Source: Ignavibacteriales bacterium (lineage in GTDB: Bacteria; Bacteroidota; Ignavibacteria; UBA10030; UBA6906). From it: 15,744 bases of DNA. The notes beneath the pieces are model-generated. The model saw only the letters and a program-made list of their open reading frames with translations, was not told the origin of the DNA and made no database searches. Location: positions 1 to 15,744 of the forward strand of contig JBBIRR010000064.1 of assembly GCA_037441705.1 (NCBI GenBank), written 5' to 3'. Every line of letters begins with the position of its first letter. Position 1 is the stretch's first letter. The translations under genes and the position numbers were made by a program. This document shows, one piece after another, positions 6,482 to 14,964 of the stretch.

Positions 6482-6949
6482 ATGACGACCGTTCTCGACG
6501 ATATTGACCTGAAAATCCTGGACATCCTTCAGAAGAATGGGCGGACAAAGCGCAACGATCTCGCCGAAGCTGTTCAACTATCGCTTCCCTCGGTCAGCGA
6601 ACGATTGAAGAAGCTGGAAGAAAGCGGCATTATCACCGGTTACTACGCGACGGTTGACTCGCGCAAGTTGGGGAAAGATATCACCGCTTTCATCTTTGTT
6701 ACCGTTGATTCGTCGAGACATTATCCGTCCTTCCTGGAGCATGCGAAGCACGTGGACGATATTCTGGAATGCCATGCGATTACCGGCGAAGGCTCGCATC
6801 TGTTGAAAGTGCGGACCGCCAACACAAACTCGCTCGAAAAACTCCTTGCGAAGATTCAAGCCTGGACGGGCGTGACCAGCACGCGAACGAACCTCGTTCT
6901 TTCAACGGCGAAGGAAACTTCCTACATCAAGATTGATGGAGTGAAATGA
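6482..6949 (+). CDS. Lrp/AsnC family transcriptional regulator
   Basis: LDDIDLKILDILQKNGR...LAEAVQLSLPSVSERLKKLEESGIITGY HTH, plus a C-terminal RAM domain (ECHAITGE). The stop overlaps the amtB start (ATGA). Confidence 0.95.
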   Translation: MTTVLDDIDLKILDILQKNGRTKRNDLAEAVQLSLPSVSERLKKLEESGIITGYYATVDSRKLGKDITAFIFVTVDSSRHYPSFLEHAKHVDDILECHAITGEGSHLLKVRTANTNSLEKLLAKIQAWTGVTSTRTNLVLSTAKETSYIKIDGVK

Positions 6950-8184
6950 TCGACTCCGGGGATACGGCGTTCCTGTTGCTCTCGGCGGCACTGGTCTTGT
7001 TCATGACTCCGGGCCTTGCGTTTTTCTACGGCGGACTGGTGCGCAGCAAGAACGTCGTCAACACGATGATGATGAGTCTGGTGGCGATGGGCGTGGTGAC
7101 GGTGCAGTGGGTTTTCTGGGGCTACAGCGTAGCCTTCGCGCCCAACAACGGTACCCTCGGCCGATTCATGGGAAGTTTCGATTGGGTGGGCCTCCATAAC
7201 GTTGCCCTCCTGCCCAGCCCTGATTACTCGCCGACGATTCCGCACCAGGCATTCATGATGTATCAAGCGATGTTCGCTATCATCACCCCGGCGTTGATCT
7301 CGGGCGCAGTCGTGGAACGCATGAAGTTTAAGACGTACGTCATCTTCATTGCTCTCTGGACCACGCTGGCGTATGACATCGTTGCCCACTGGGTGTGGGG
7401 TGTTGGAGGGTGGCTGCGGACACTCGGTGCCCTGGACTTCGCGGGCGGAACCGTCGTTCACATCAACGCGGGGGTCGCAGCGCTGGTGGCTTCTCTCCTG
7501 ACGGGACCACGTCGCGGCTTTCCACATCGGGCAATGCCTCCTCATAACGTCACACTTGCCATTCTCGGCGCGGGAATGTTGTGGTTTGGCTGGCTTGGCT
7601 TCAATGCCGGCAGCGCCATCAGCTCCGGGGCGCTCGCCGTGAGTGCCTTCGTGTGCACAAACGTAGCCGCCGGCTCCGGCTTGATGGGGTGGGTTCTGCT
7701 CGATCTGTTCCTCAAAGGCAAACCGACAGCCGTCGGTGCCATTACGGGTGCGGTTGCGGGTCTCGTTGCGATCACGCCGGCATGCGGATTTGTCACGCCT
7801 CTCGGCGCCTCGGCGATCGGCTTCGGGGTTGCGGCGGTGTGTTACTGGGCCGTTACTCAGCGCATAAAGTGGAAGCTGGATGACTCGCTCGACGCGTTCT
7901 CCGTTCACGGAATGGGCGGCATGTTTGGAGCGGTGATGACCGGCGTGCTTGCAACGAAATCCGTGAACCAGGCGGGCAACGATGGCCTGCTCTACGGCAA
8001 CGCTTCTCTGCTGTGGGCTCAAGTTGTTGGCGTTGCCGCGACCGCCATCTTCTCGGCTGCAGTCACGTTCGTTCTGTTGAAGGTTCTCGACCGCACGTTG
8101 GGCCTTCGCAGCAGCGATGAACATCAGCATGAGGGGTTGGATCTGGTCGAGCACGGCGAAAAAGGATATCACGAAATCGTGTAG
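6946..8184 (+). CDS. amtB: Ammonium transporter (Amt family)
   Basis: DTAF...LVLFMTPGLAFFYGGLVR, FAIITPALISGA, DFAGGTVVHINAG, LWFGWLGFNAGS, DDSLDAFSVHG (twin His retained), C-terminal EGLD...HGE. Confidence 0.97.
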   Translation: MIDSGDTAFLLLSAALVLFMTPGLAFFYGGLVRSKNVVNTMMMSLVAMGVVTVQWVFWGYSVAFAPNNGTLGRFMGSFDWVGLHNVALLPSPDYSPTIPHQAFMMYQAMFAIITPALISGAVVERMKFKTYVIFIALWTTLAYDIVAHWVWGVGGWLRTLGALDFAGGTVVHINAGVAALVASLLTGPRRGFPHRAMPPHNVTLAILGAGMLWFGWLGFNAGSAISSGALAVSAFVCTNVAAGSGLMGWVLLDLFLKGKPTAVGAITGAVAGLVAITPACGFVTPLGASAIGFGVAAVCYWAVTQRIKWKLDDSLDAFSVHGMGGMFGAVMTGVLATKSVNQAGNDGLLYGNASLLWAQVVGVAATAIFSAAVTFVLLKVLDRTLGLRSSDEHQHEGLDLVEHGEKGYHEIV

Positions 8185-8228
8185 TCTCACATCACATCAT
8201 TCATCACTAACCTATGGGGAAGTATACA

Positions 8229-9659
8229 ATGGCAAAACGAACCTCGTCTGCGATCGCGCATGTCTTTAAGATGATTAAAGACAACAACGTGAAGATGGTT
8301 GATTTGAAGTTCGTCGACCTTCTCGGCGTGTGGCAGCATGTGACTGTTCCCGTTCACCGCCTCGATGAATCGTCGTTCGAGGAGGGCTTCGGGTTCGACG
8401 GCTCGTCCATTCGCGGCTTCAAGGCGATCAACGAAAGCGACATGCTGATGATGCCCGATCCGAAGACGGCCTTCATCGATCCGTTCATCGAGGTCAAGAC
8501 GATCAGCTTCATCTGTGAAATCTTCGACCCGCTGACGAAGGAGCGCTTCAGTCGGTGTGCGCGCGGCATAGCCCACAAAGCCGAACAGTACATGCAATCC
8601 ACCGGCATCGCCGACGTTGCGTATATGGGGGCCGAGGCGGAATTCTTTATCTTCGACGACATCCGTTTCGACACGAACGGCAACAGCAGTTACTACTACG
8701 TTGATTCGATCGAAGGACGATGGAACTCAGGCCGCGACGAAATGCCCAACCTGGGGTACAAGCCACGCTACAAGGAAGGATACTACCCCGCGCCGCCGAC
8801 GGATCACCTGCTCGACCTGCGCAACGAAATGGTCACCAACATGATGAATGTCGGTCTGGAGGTCGAGACGCAGCACCACGAGGTTGCCAGCGGCGGCCAG
8901 GCCGAGATCGACTTGAAGTACGCCAACCTGCTGAAGCACGCCGACGACATGATGCTGTTCAAGTACATCATCAAGAACACTGCGCGCGCACGCGGCAAGA
9001 CCGCCACCTTCATGCCGAAGCCGATCTTCGGTGATAACGGCTCGGGCATGCACGTGCATCAAAGTTTGTGGAAGGCGGGCAAGCCGCTCTTCTACGGGCA
9101 CGGGTACGCCAATCTCAGCGAGACCGCGCTGTACTACATCGGCGGATTGCTGAAACACGCGCCTGCGTTGTGTGCATTCACGAATCCGACCACGAATTCG
9201 TACAAGCGACTCGTGCCCGGCTTCGAAGCGCCCGTGAACCTCGCGTACTCGCAGCGCAACCGCAGCGCCGCAGTCCGGATTCCCATGTACTCGCCCAACC
9301 CGAAGGCCAAACGCGTCGAGTTCCGCTGCCCCGATTCGTCGGGCAATCCGTATCTGCAATTTGCGGCAATGCTGCTGGCCGGTCTCGACGGCATCATCAA
9401 CAAGATTGATCCGGGCGAACCGTTGGACAAAGACATCTATGACATGGATCCCGAAGAGCTTAAGGATGTTCCGTCCACGCCGCCTTCGCTCGAGGAAGCG
9501 ATCAAAGCGCTCGAACGCGACCACGATTTCCTGATGCGCGGAGACGTCTTCACCGAAGACGTGATCGACACGTGGATCACGTACAAGATGGAGAAGGAAG
9601 TAAAGGCTATGGCGTTGCGTCCGCATCCGTACGAATTCGGTCTGTATTACGATTGCTAA
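8229..9659 (+). CDS. glnA: Glutamine synthetase type I
   Basis: [80 protein letters not shown] 8229 is preferred (GGGGA upstream); ATG 8214 is the alternative. Confidence 0.98.
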   Translation: MAKRTSSAIAHVFKMIKDNNVKMVDLKFVDLLGVWQHVTVPVHRLDESSFEEGFGFDGSSIRGFKAINESDMLMMPDPKTAFIDPFIEVKTISFICEIFDPLTKERFSRCARGIAHKAEQYMQSTGIADVAYMGAEAEFFIFDDIRFDTNGNSSYYYVDSIEGRWNSGRDEMPNLGYKPRYKEGYYPAPPTDHLLDLRNEMVTNMMNVGLEVETQHHEVASGGQAEIDLKYANLLKHADDMMLFKYIIKNTARARGKTATFMPKPIFGDNGSGMHVHQSLWKAGKPLFYGHGYANLSETALYYIGGLLKHAPALCAFTNPTTNSYKRLVPGFEAPVNLAYSQRNRSAAVRIPMYSPNPKAKRVEFRCPDSSGNPYLQFAAMLLAGLDGIINKIDPGEPLDKDIYDMDPEELKDVPSTPPSLEEAIKALERDHDFLMRGDVFTEDVIDTWITYKMEKEVKAMALRPHPYEFGLYYDC

Positions 9660-9683
9660 ACTCATCGAACGCCAGCCGGTTTG

Positions 9684-9725
9684 GCCTCCAGCGCGTTTGT
9701 ACGATGCGCAGGAGGCTTTTTGTTT
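9684..9725 (+). terminator. Intrinsic terminator after glnA
   Basis: GCCTCC-A-GCGCG (9684-9695) pairs with TGCGC-A-GGAGGC (9705-9716), followed by TTTTTGTTT. Confidence 0.75.
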
Positions 9726-9754
9726 GACACTCTGGATACTTCACGAGGAACAGC

Positions 9755-10219
9755 ATGCACCCGATCAAACGTATTGCGCTTGTCGCTCATGACAACTGCA
9801 AGCGCGACCTGGTCGAGTGGGTTGAATGGAACTGGCGGGTACTGCTCAATCACACGCTTATCTGTACGGGCACAACCGGCAGGTTAGTGGAGGAGGCGCT
9901 TGCCGCCCGCGGACAAAAGGGGGCGGAGTTCGGAATCACGAAACTGAAATCCGGACCGTTCGGCGGAGACCAACAGCTCGGAGCGATGATCGCAGAGGGG
10001 AAGATTGACATTCTCATTTTTTTCTGGGACCCGATGGAGCCGCAGCCTCACGACGTTGATGTGAAGGCGCTCTTGCGGATTGCGGTTCTCTACAACATTC
10101 CGTGTGCATGCAATCGCGCGACGGCCGATTTTCTCATCTCGTCACATCTCCTTGACGAACGGTATGAGCCTGTGCTCCGCGACTACTCGGATTATCTCAA
10201 CCGGAGAATCGTGCGATAG
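9755..10219 (+). CDS. mgsA: Methylglyoxal synthase
   Basis: IALVAHD, TGTTG, SGPFGGDQQLGA, FFWDP, PHDVDVKALLR, ACNRATAD; GAGGA RBS upstream. Confidence 0.96.
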   Translation: MHPIKRIALVAHDNCKRDLVEWVEWNWRVLLNHTLICTGTTGRLVEEALAARGQKGAEFGITKLKSGPFGGDQQLGAMIAEGKIDILIFFWDPMEPQPHDVDVKALLRIAVLYNIPCACNRATADFLISSHLLDERYEPVLRDYSDYLNRRIVR

Positions 10220-10286
10220 GTTGCGGTTTGCACTTGAGCGGAGATTTTGCTTCTATGAAGCCAGACCACGCTTGAAAGGAGACGTC

Positions 10287-11255
10287 ATGAAGAAAGGTCA
10301 GAAACTTACGCGAAGAGATTTTGTAGGTACCGTTCTGGGTGCGGCCGTCGCTGCCGGCGTCACCAACACCTTGCGGCCCTTCGAAACTCTGGCCGATCAG
10401 GAACGCAAGCAGGTTCTGCCGACCCGTCCTCTGGGACGAACGGGCCACCAGGTTGGCATCTTCAGCCTCGGCGGTCAGGCAACGCTCGAACAATCCGGCA
10501 CCACCGAGGAGTCCGTGGCCATCATCAATCGTGCGCTTGACCTCGGCGTCAGCTACATCGACACGGCGGCCGCCTACGGACGGGGACAGAGCGAACGATA
10601 CATCGGGGCCGTCATGAAGGCGCGACGCGCCGAAGTGTTCCTTGCCTCGAAGACGCACAGCCGGAGCTACAGCGGCTCCATGCGATTGCTGGAACAGTCG
10701 CTGAAGAATTTGCAAACCGACCACCTCGATCTCTGGCAACTGCATAACGTACGCACGCAGGAGGATCTGGACAAGATCTTTGCGCCCGATGGCGCGATCA
10801 AGGCGTTGGAAAAGGCACGCGATGAAGGAACGGTTCGCTTCCTCGGTATCACCGGCCACTACGACCCGTTCGTTCTGAAGAAGGCAATCCAGCAATATCC
10901 GTTCGACACCGTTCTGATGTCTCTTAACGCTGCCGACAGGCACAACAGGTCGTTCATGGACAATCTCCTTCCGTTCGCAGTAGAACGACAGATGGGTATC
11001 ATCGGCATGAAAATTCCAGCACGCGGTCGCATCTTCCGTCCCGATGGCATCACCTCGATGGAGCCTGCCATGCGCTACGTGCTGACACTTCCCGTCAGCA
11101 CCATCATTGTCGGCATCTCGACGATGCAGGAATTGGAAGAGGACATCGGCTACGCGCGGGCGTTTCGTCCGATGACAGAACAGGAAATGCGAAAGACTGA
11201 AGAACTGACGAAGCCGTACTTTGCCGAGGCTACCTGGTTCCAGTCCTCGTGGTGA
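10287..11255 (+). CDS. Aldo/keto reductase with twin-arginine (Tat) signal peptide
   Basis: AGGAG RBS then MKKGQKLTRRDFVGTVLGAAVAAG. AKR tetrad: IDTA (Asp), AAAY (Tyr), ASKT (Lys), WQLH (His); also RPLGRTG, LGITGH, IGMK. The ORF-track start at 10080 lies inside mgsA and is rejected. Confidence 0.92.
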   Translation: MKKGQKLTRRDFVGTVLGAAVAAGVTNTLRPFETLADQERKQVLPTRPLGRTGHQVGIFSLGGQATLEQSGTTEESVAIINRALDLGVSYIDTAAAYGRGQSERYIGAVMKARRAEVFLASKTHSRSYSGSMRLLEQSLKNLQTDHLDLWQLHNVRTQEDLDKIFAPDGAIKALEKARDEGTVRFLGITGHYDPFVLKKAIQQYPFDTVLMSLNAADRHNRSFMDNLLPFAVERQMGIIGMKIPARGRIFRPDGITSMEPAMRYVLTLPVSTIIVGISTMQELEEDIGYARAFRPMTEQEMRKTEELTKPYFAEATWFQSSW

Positions 11256-11311
11256 AAGGCGCATCGCTGAGCAACGTGACTCTCTTCAGCCCCTCACCTT
11301 ATGTCCGCATC

Positions 11312-11340
11312 TTGTATTTCCAGGACTCTTTGTCTATTTT
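11312..11340 (+). promoter_or_regulatory. Putative promoter for crotonase-apt (likely leaderless)
   Basis: TTGTAT (11312-11317), 17-nt spacer, TATTTT (11335-11340), then 5 nt to ATG 11346. No SD sequence. Confidence 0.45.
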
Positions 11341-11345
11341 TCTTC

Positions 11346-12128
11346 ATGCAAGTCACGCGACTCCTCTACGAAACCGTCAATCGCAAAGCAACAATCACGC
11401 TGAACCGTCCTGAAAAGCGTAACGCCTTGGACGATGTGATGGTGGGAGAATTGACCACAGCCTTCACGCAGGCGGCGCGCGATCAGAATGTCAAAGTGAT
11501 CGTGCTTCAGGGCAGCGGCACGGCTTTCTGCGCAGGAGCTGATCTTGATTACCTCAGCAGGATTGCTGCATACGACCTTGAAGAGAACCGTGCAGACTCG
11601 ACGAAACTCGCGAACCTGTTTCGAACGATCTACGAGTTGCGCAAGCCCGTGATCGCAGTGGTGAACGGTCCCGCCCTTGCAGGCGGATGCGGCCTTGCCA
11701 GCGTCTGTGATTTTGTGATTGCATCGGAGGAACGCGCGGCCTTCGGCTATACGGAGGTGCGCATCGGGTTCATCCCCGCCATTGTAATGATCTTTCTCGT
11801 GAAGAGGGTGGGGGAGGGACGTGCCCGTGAGCTGATTTTGCGCGGCAATATTATCAACGCTCTCGAAGCGCGCCGGATTGGTTTGGCGAACCTCGTTGTG
11901 CCGGAGGCGCAGTTGGAGGCGTCGGTCACCGCGCTCGCCGACGAGCTGATTCAGAATAACAGTCTGCACGCGATGGGACTGTGCAAAGAAATGCTTTCGA
12001 AGCTTAACGGACTGAACGTTGCCGATGCGTTGGAGTTTGCGGCGAACATGAACGCAGCCGCCCGTATGACCGCAGATTGCAAAGCGGGCATTGCTGCCTT
12101 TCTCAACAAAGAAAAAATCCAATGGTAG
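11346..12128 (+). CDS. Enoyl-CoA hydratase/isomerase (crotonase) family protein, methylglutaconyl-CoA hydratase-like
   Basis: ITLNRPEKRNAL, FCAGADL, KPVIAVVNGPALAGGCGL, TEVRIGFIP. The first catalytic Glu is absent (GGCGL) and the second is present, as in LiuC-like enzymes. Start ATG 11346. Confidence 0.9.
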   Translation: MQVTRLLYETVNRKATITLNRPEKRNALDDVMVGELTTAFTQAARDQNVKVIVLQGSGTAFCAGADLDYLSRIAAYDLEENRADSTKLANLFRTIYELRKPVIAVVNGPALAGGCGLASVCDFVIASEERAAFGYTEVRIGFIPAIVMIFLVKRVGEGRARELILRGNIINALEARRIGLANLVVPEAQLEASVTALADELIQNNSLHAMGLCKEMLSKLNGLNVADALEFAANMNAAARMTADCKAGIAAFLNKEKIQW

Positions 12129-12143
12129 GAATTCGCCTTGATC

Positions 12144-12671
12144 ATGTCATCCAACCTGATCGACACTATCCGCAGTATCCCTGACTTTCCAAAGAAGGGC
12201 ATCGTTTTTCGCGACATCACTACTCTTCTCAAGAATCCTGACGCATTTGCACAAGCCGTGGATGCTTTCTACGAGAAGTACAAAGGAGCAGGCATCCAGA
12301 AGGTTGTCAGCATCGAATCGCGCGGATTTATCCTCGGTGCGCCGCTGGCCTACCGTCTCGGCGCGGGGTTCGTTCCTGTGCGCAAGCCCAACAAACTGCC
12401 GGCGGAAACGCTGCGTGAGGAGTATGCGTTGGAATACGGTACCGATGCCGTTGAGATTCACAAGGACGCCATCGTGCCGGGCGAGAGGGTGCTTGTGCTG
12501 GACGATCTGCTGGCAACCGGCGGCACGATTCAGGCGGCCGCCCGCCTCGTCGAACGACTCGGCGGCTCGATTGTCGGTCTGGCGTTTCTCATCGAGCTTG
12601 CGTTCCTGCATGCCCGCCAACGCCTCGGTTCCTACGAGATCTTCTCGATCATCACCTACGATCACGAGTGA
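12144..12671 (+). CDS. apt: Adenine phosphoribosyltransferase
   Basis: IRSIPDFPKKGIVFRDITTLL, ESRGF, RKPNKLP, YALEYG, and PRPP motif VLVLDDLLATGGT. Start is ATG 12144 or TTG 12138. Confidence 0.97.
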   Translation: MSSNLIDTIRSIPDFPKKGIVFRDITTLLKNPDAFAQAVDAFYEKYKGAGIQKVVSIESRGFILGAPLAYRLGAGFVPVRKPNKLPAETLREEYALEYGTDAVEIHKDAIVPGERVLVLDDLLATGGTIQAAARLVERLGGSIVGLAFLIELAFLHARQRLGSYEIFSIITYDHE

Positions 12672-12672
12672 G

Positions 12673-12722
12673 CTGTTGAATCATTCAACAGTCTCCTTGT
12701 GAGGCTGGATTATTTCTTTTTC
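12673..12722 (+). terminator. Inverted repeats after apt; possible terminator
   Basis: Perfect palindrome CTGTTGAAT-C-ATTCAACAG (12673-12691) overlaps a second stem CAGTCTC/GAGGCTG (12689-12707), which is followed by a T-rich tract. Confidence 0.4.
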
Positions 12723-12727
12723 ATCCC

Positions 12728-12756
12728 TTGCCTTTTCCCTCTTCAGGCAGTAGATT
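12728..12756 (+). promoter_or_regulatory. Putative promoter of the tetR-tolC-MFP operon
   Basis: TTGCCT (12728-12733), 17-nt spacer, TAGATT (12751-12756), immediately upstream of three operator-like boxes. Confidence 0.6.
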
Positions 12757-12757
12757 G

Positions 12758-12811
12758 TGACTAACGGGTTCACTTCATGACTCCCGAGTACTGTTGTTGA
12801 CTGATCGGTCG
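12758..12811. promoter_or_regulatory. Three tandem operator-like boxes (TGACT-N4-RGT) at 20-bp period; candidate TetR operators
   Basis: TGACTAACGGGTTC (12758), TGACTCCCGAGTAC (12778) and TGACTGATCGGTCG (12798) are degenerate versions of the palindrome TGACY-N4-RGTCA, lying between the -10 and the tetR start. Confidence 0.65.
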
Positions 12812-12817
12812 CCATCA

Positions 12818-13438
12818 ATGATGCAAACATCCCTGCAGCGCAAAGAACGTGAGCGTGTGGCACGACGGCGGGAGATCCTTGCGGCCGCGCGCAAGGTGTT
12901 CGCAGCCAAAGGCTACGAACGCGCGACGCTCGACGAGATTGCGGAAGAAGCCGAATTCGCCAAAGGGACGCTCTATAACTATTTCGACAGCAAGGAGACG
13001 CTCTTTCGCGAGATTGTCCGCGAGATTCTGGAGGAAATGAAAACCATCGCCCGGGAAGCGATTGCAGCAGGCGGCAGCGTGCGCGAGCAGTTCTCTCGCT
13101 ATGCCGCTCGCATGTTCGAGTTCTATCGCGCGAACGAAGATGTGTTCCGCATTCTAATCTACGAGATTCACCGCGTGCAGATGAAAGAGGATATCACCGC
13201 CATCATGAAACATGTCCAGGCGATTGCTGTTCTCTTAGCTTCGGCGCTGAAGCGTGAGATGCACAAGAAAGCCATCATCAAAGAAGACCCGGTGGAACTT
13301 GCGTATGTGTTTGTAGGTATGATTCACAACAGGGCGATGCGCCGCCTCTTTTCCAAGCCGAATCTGTCGGCGATTGATACCGAAGCGGAAGCGGCGTTTC
13401 TGTCGTCGCTGTTTTTTAACGGTGCCGTCCGTTCCTGA
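12818..13438 (+). CDS. TetR/AcrR family transcriptional regulator
   Basis: RRREILAAARKVFAAKGYERATLDEIAEEAEFAKGTLYNYFDSKETLF is a canonical TetR HTH. Start is ATG 12818 or 12821. Confidence 0.96.
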   Translation: MMQTSLQRKERERVARRREILAAARKVFAAKGYERATLDEIAEEAEFAKGTLYNYFDSKETLFREIVREILEEMKTIAREAIAAGGSVREQFSRYAARMFEFYRANEDVFRILIYEIHRVQMKEDITAIMKHVQAIAVLLASALKREMHKKAIIKEDPVELAYVFVGMIHNRAMRRLFSKPNLSAIDTEAEAAFLSSLFFNGAVRS

Positions 13439-13535
13439 TGCACCAACGGTGCATCGGCGGCGGTACGTCTCTGCATCTGTTCTTTTCACATCCTGCGCGC
13501 CTCACCCTGAGGCACAACGACGCAGGAATTCATTC

Positions 13536-14930
13536 ATGTATGTTCTCGAGTATCGTATGACGATGAGGAGAAATGTCGTAGGAGCGATCGTGCTTATCAT
13601 GGTGCTTGCAGGCGGACGCGACGCAGCAGCGCAGCGCAAAGCGTACACGCTGGAAGACGCCGTCCGGGCCGCGCTGACGAACAATCACGATCTCGTGGAG
13701 GCCCGCCACGAAGTGGGCCGCGCCGATGCTCGCCTGCGCGAGGCGTGGGGCTACGCTCTCCCCAGCATCGACCTGACGGGCAGATACACCCGCGCCATCA
13801 GGAAACCCGTGTTCTTTTTCCCGAATATCTTCGACTCGACCGCATACCGACGCGGTGAAGTACGCGCAATTGAGATCGGCTCGGATAATTCGTTCGACAT
13901 CAATCTGACGGTCTCACAGGTCTTGTTCAACTCCGGCGTCTTTACCGGCGTTGGCACCGCCAGGATTTATTCTCAGGCGGCGCGGGAGGTGTACAGCGCG
14001 AAGGAATTCGAGACGATTGCGGCTGCGCAGAAGGCGTTCTACGCCGTTCTTCTTGCCCGCGAGGTACGCGACATGCTCTATTCCAACCTCCGCAACGCGG
14101 AAGAGAATGTGAGGAACGCAACCATCCTCGCTGCGCAGGGATTGATTTCGGAGTACGACAAACTGCGCGCGGAGGTGGGCCTTGCCAACGTCCGTCCGGA
14201 AGTGATCCGTGCCGAAAATAACTACGAGCTTGCGCTGAACACACTGAAGGTCACGATCGGGTGTTCGGTTGACGATTCGATAGAAGCGGTAGGAACGCTG
14301 ACGTTCCATGCCATAGAAGAAGGGATCATGAACGAGGCACCGCAAACCGTCCTCGAACGCAATCCGTCGCTTGCCGCTTTGCGCTATCAACTGGACGTGA
14401 ACGATGCTATCACGGCCATCGAGCGGTCGAACTATCTGCCGAGTCTGGCGGCGTTCGGCAATTACCAATTCCAGACGCAGCAAAACGATCTGAGGATTTC
14501 GACGCGAGATTTTGTGCGAAGCTCGCTGGTCGGCGTGTCGCTCTCGCTCAACATTTTCGACGGTTTCCGCACCTCGGCGCGCGTCGAGCAAGCGCAGCTT
14601 GACGCGCGTAAGACGCAAGAACAGATTGCGAAGACGGAGCAGAGTTTGAAAGCGGCCGTACAGGCAACCCTGATGTCGTTGCGCCGGGCGAAAGAACGAA
14701 TCGACGCCCAGGAGCGTACCGTCGAGCAGGCCGAACGCGGCTACCGCATCGCCGTCACACGGTTCACCAACGGCAGCGGCACACAGCTTGAAGTCAACGA
14801 CGCACAGCTTGCATTGACGACGGCCCGTACCAATCGCATGCAGGCTGTGTACGATTACCTTGTCGCCGCCGCCGATCTTGACCAGCTCCTGGCGCGAAGG
14901 CCGTCGTATGTACCGCCGTTAGAAGAGTGA
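13536..14930 (+). CDS. TolC-family outer membrane efflux protein
   Basis: Signal peptide (MRRNVVGAIVLIMVLAGGRDAAA), TLEDAVRAALTNN, LPSIDL and YLPSL repeats, LSLNIFDG, RFTNGSGTQLEVNDAQ. Start is ATG 13536 (AGGA upstream), 13557 or 13563. Confidence 0.93.
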   Translation: MYVLEYRMTMRRNVVGAIVLIMVLAGGRDAAAQRKAYTLEDAVRAALTNNHDLVEARHEVGRADARLREAWGYALPSIDLTGRYTRAIRKPVFFFPNIFDSTAYRRGEVRAIEIGSDNSFDINLTVSQVLFNSGVFTGVGTARIYSQAAREVYSAKEFETIAAAQKAFYAVLLAREVRDMLYSNLRNAEENVRNATILAAQGLISEYDKLRAEVGLANVRPEVIRAENNYELALNTLKVTIGCSVDDSIEAVGTLTFHAIEEGIMNEAPQTVLERNPSLAALRYQLDVNDAITAIERSNYLPSLAAFGNYQFQTQQNDLRISTRDFVRSSLVGVSLSLNIFDGFRTSARVEQAQLDARKTQEQIAKTEQSLKAAVQATLMSLRRAKERIDAQERTVEQAERGYRIAVTRFTNGSGTQLEVNDAQLALTTARTNRMQAVYDYLVAAADLDQLLARRPSYVPPLEE

Positions 14931-14964
14931 TTCACTTACCCGCGCGTGAAAGGATGACAGGAAA

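Noticed and set aside
6922-8190. 422-aa minus-strand ORF antisense to amtB
   Set aside because: It mirrors a well-conserved gene, has no recognisable motifs, and is the typical stop-poor shadow frame of GC-rich coding DNA.
8185-8228. glnA (glutamine) riboswitch before glnA
   Set aside because: The gap is only 44 nt and largely G-free, so it cannot form the three-stem aptamer.
8727-9665. 312-aa antisense ORF over glnA; similar ones at 10197-11264, 11334-12122 and 13914-14618
   Set aside because: Each lies opposite a confidently identified gene and shows no domain signature.
9724-9752. Perfect TTGACA upstream of mgsA
   Set aside because: There is no acceptable -10 hexamer at 16-18 nt spacing; it overlaps the terminator T tract and may be chance.
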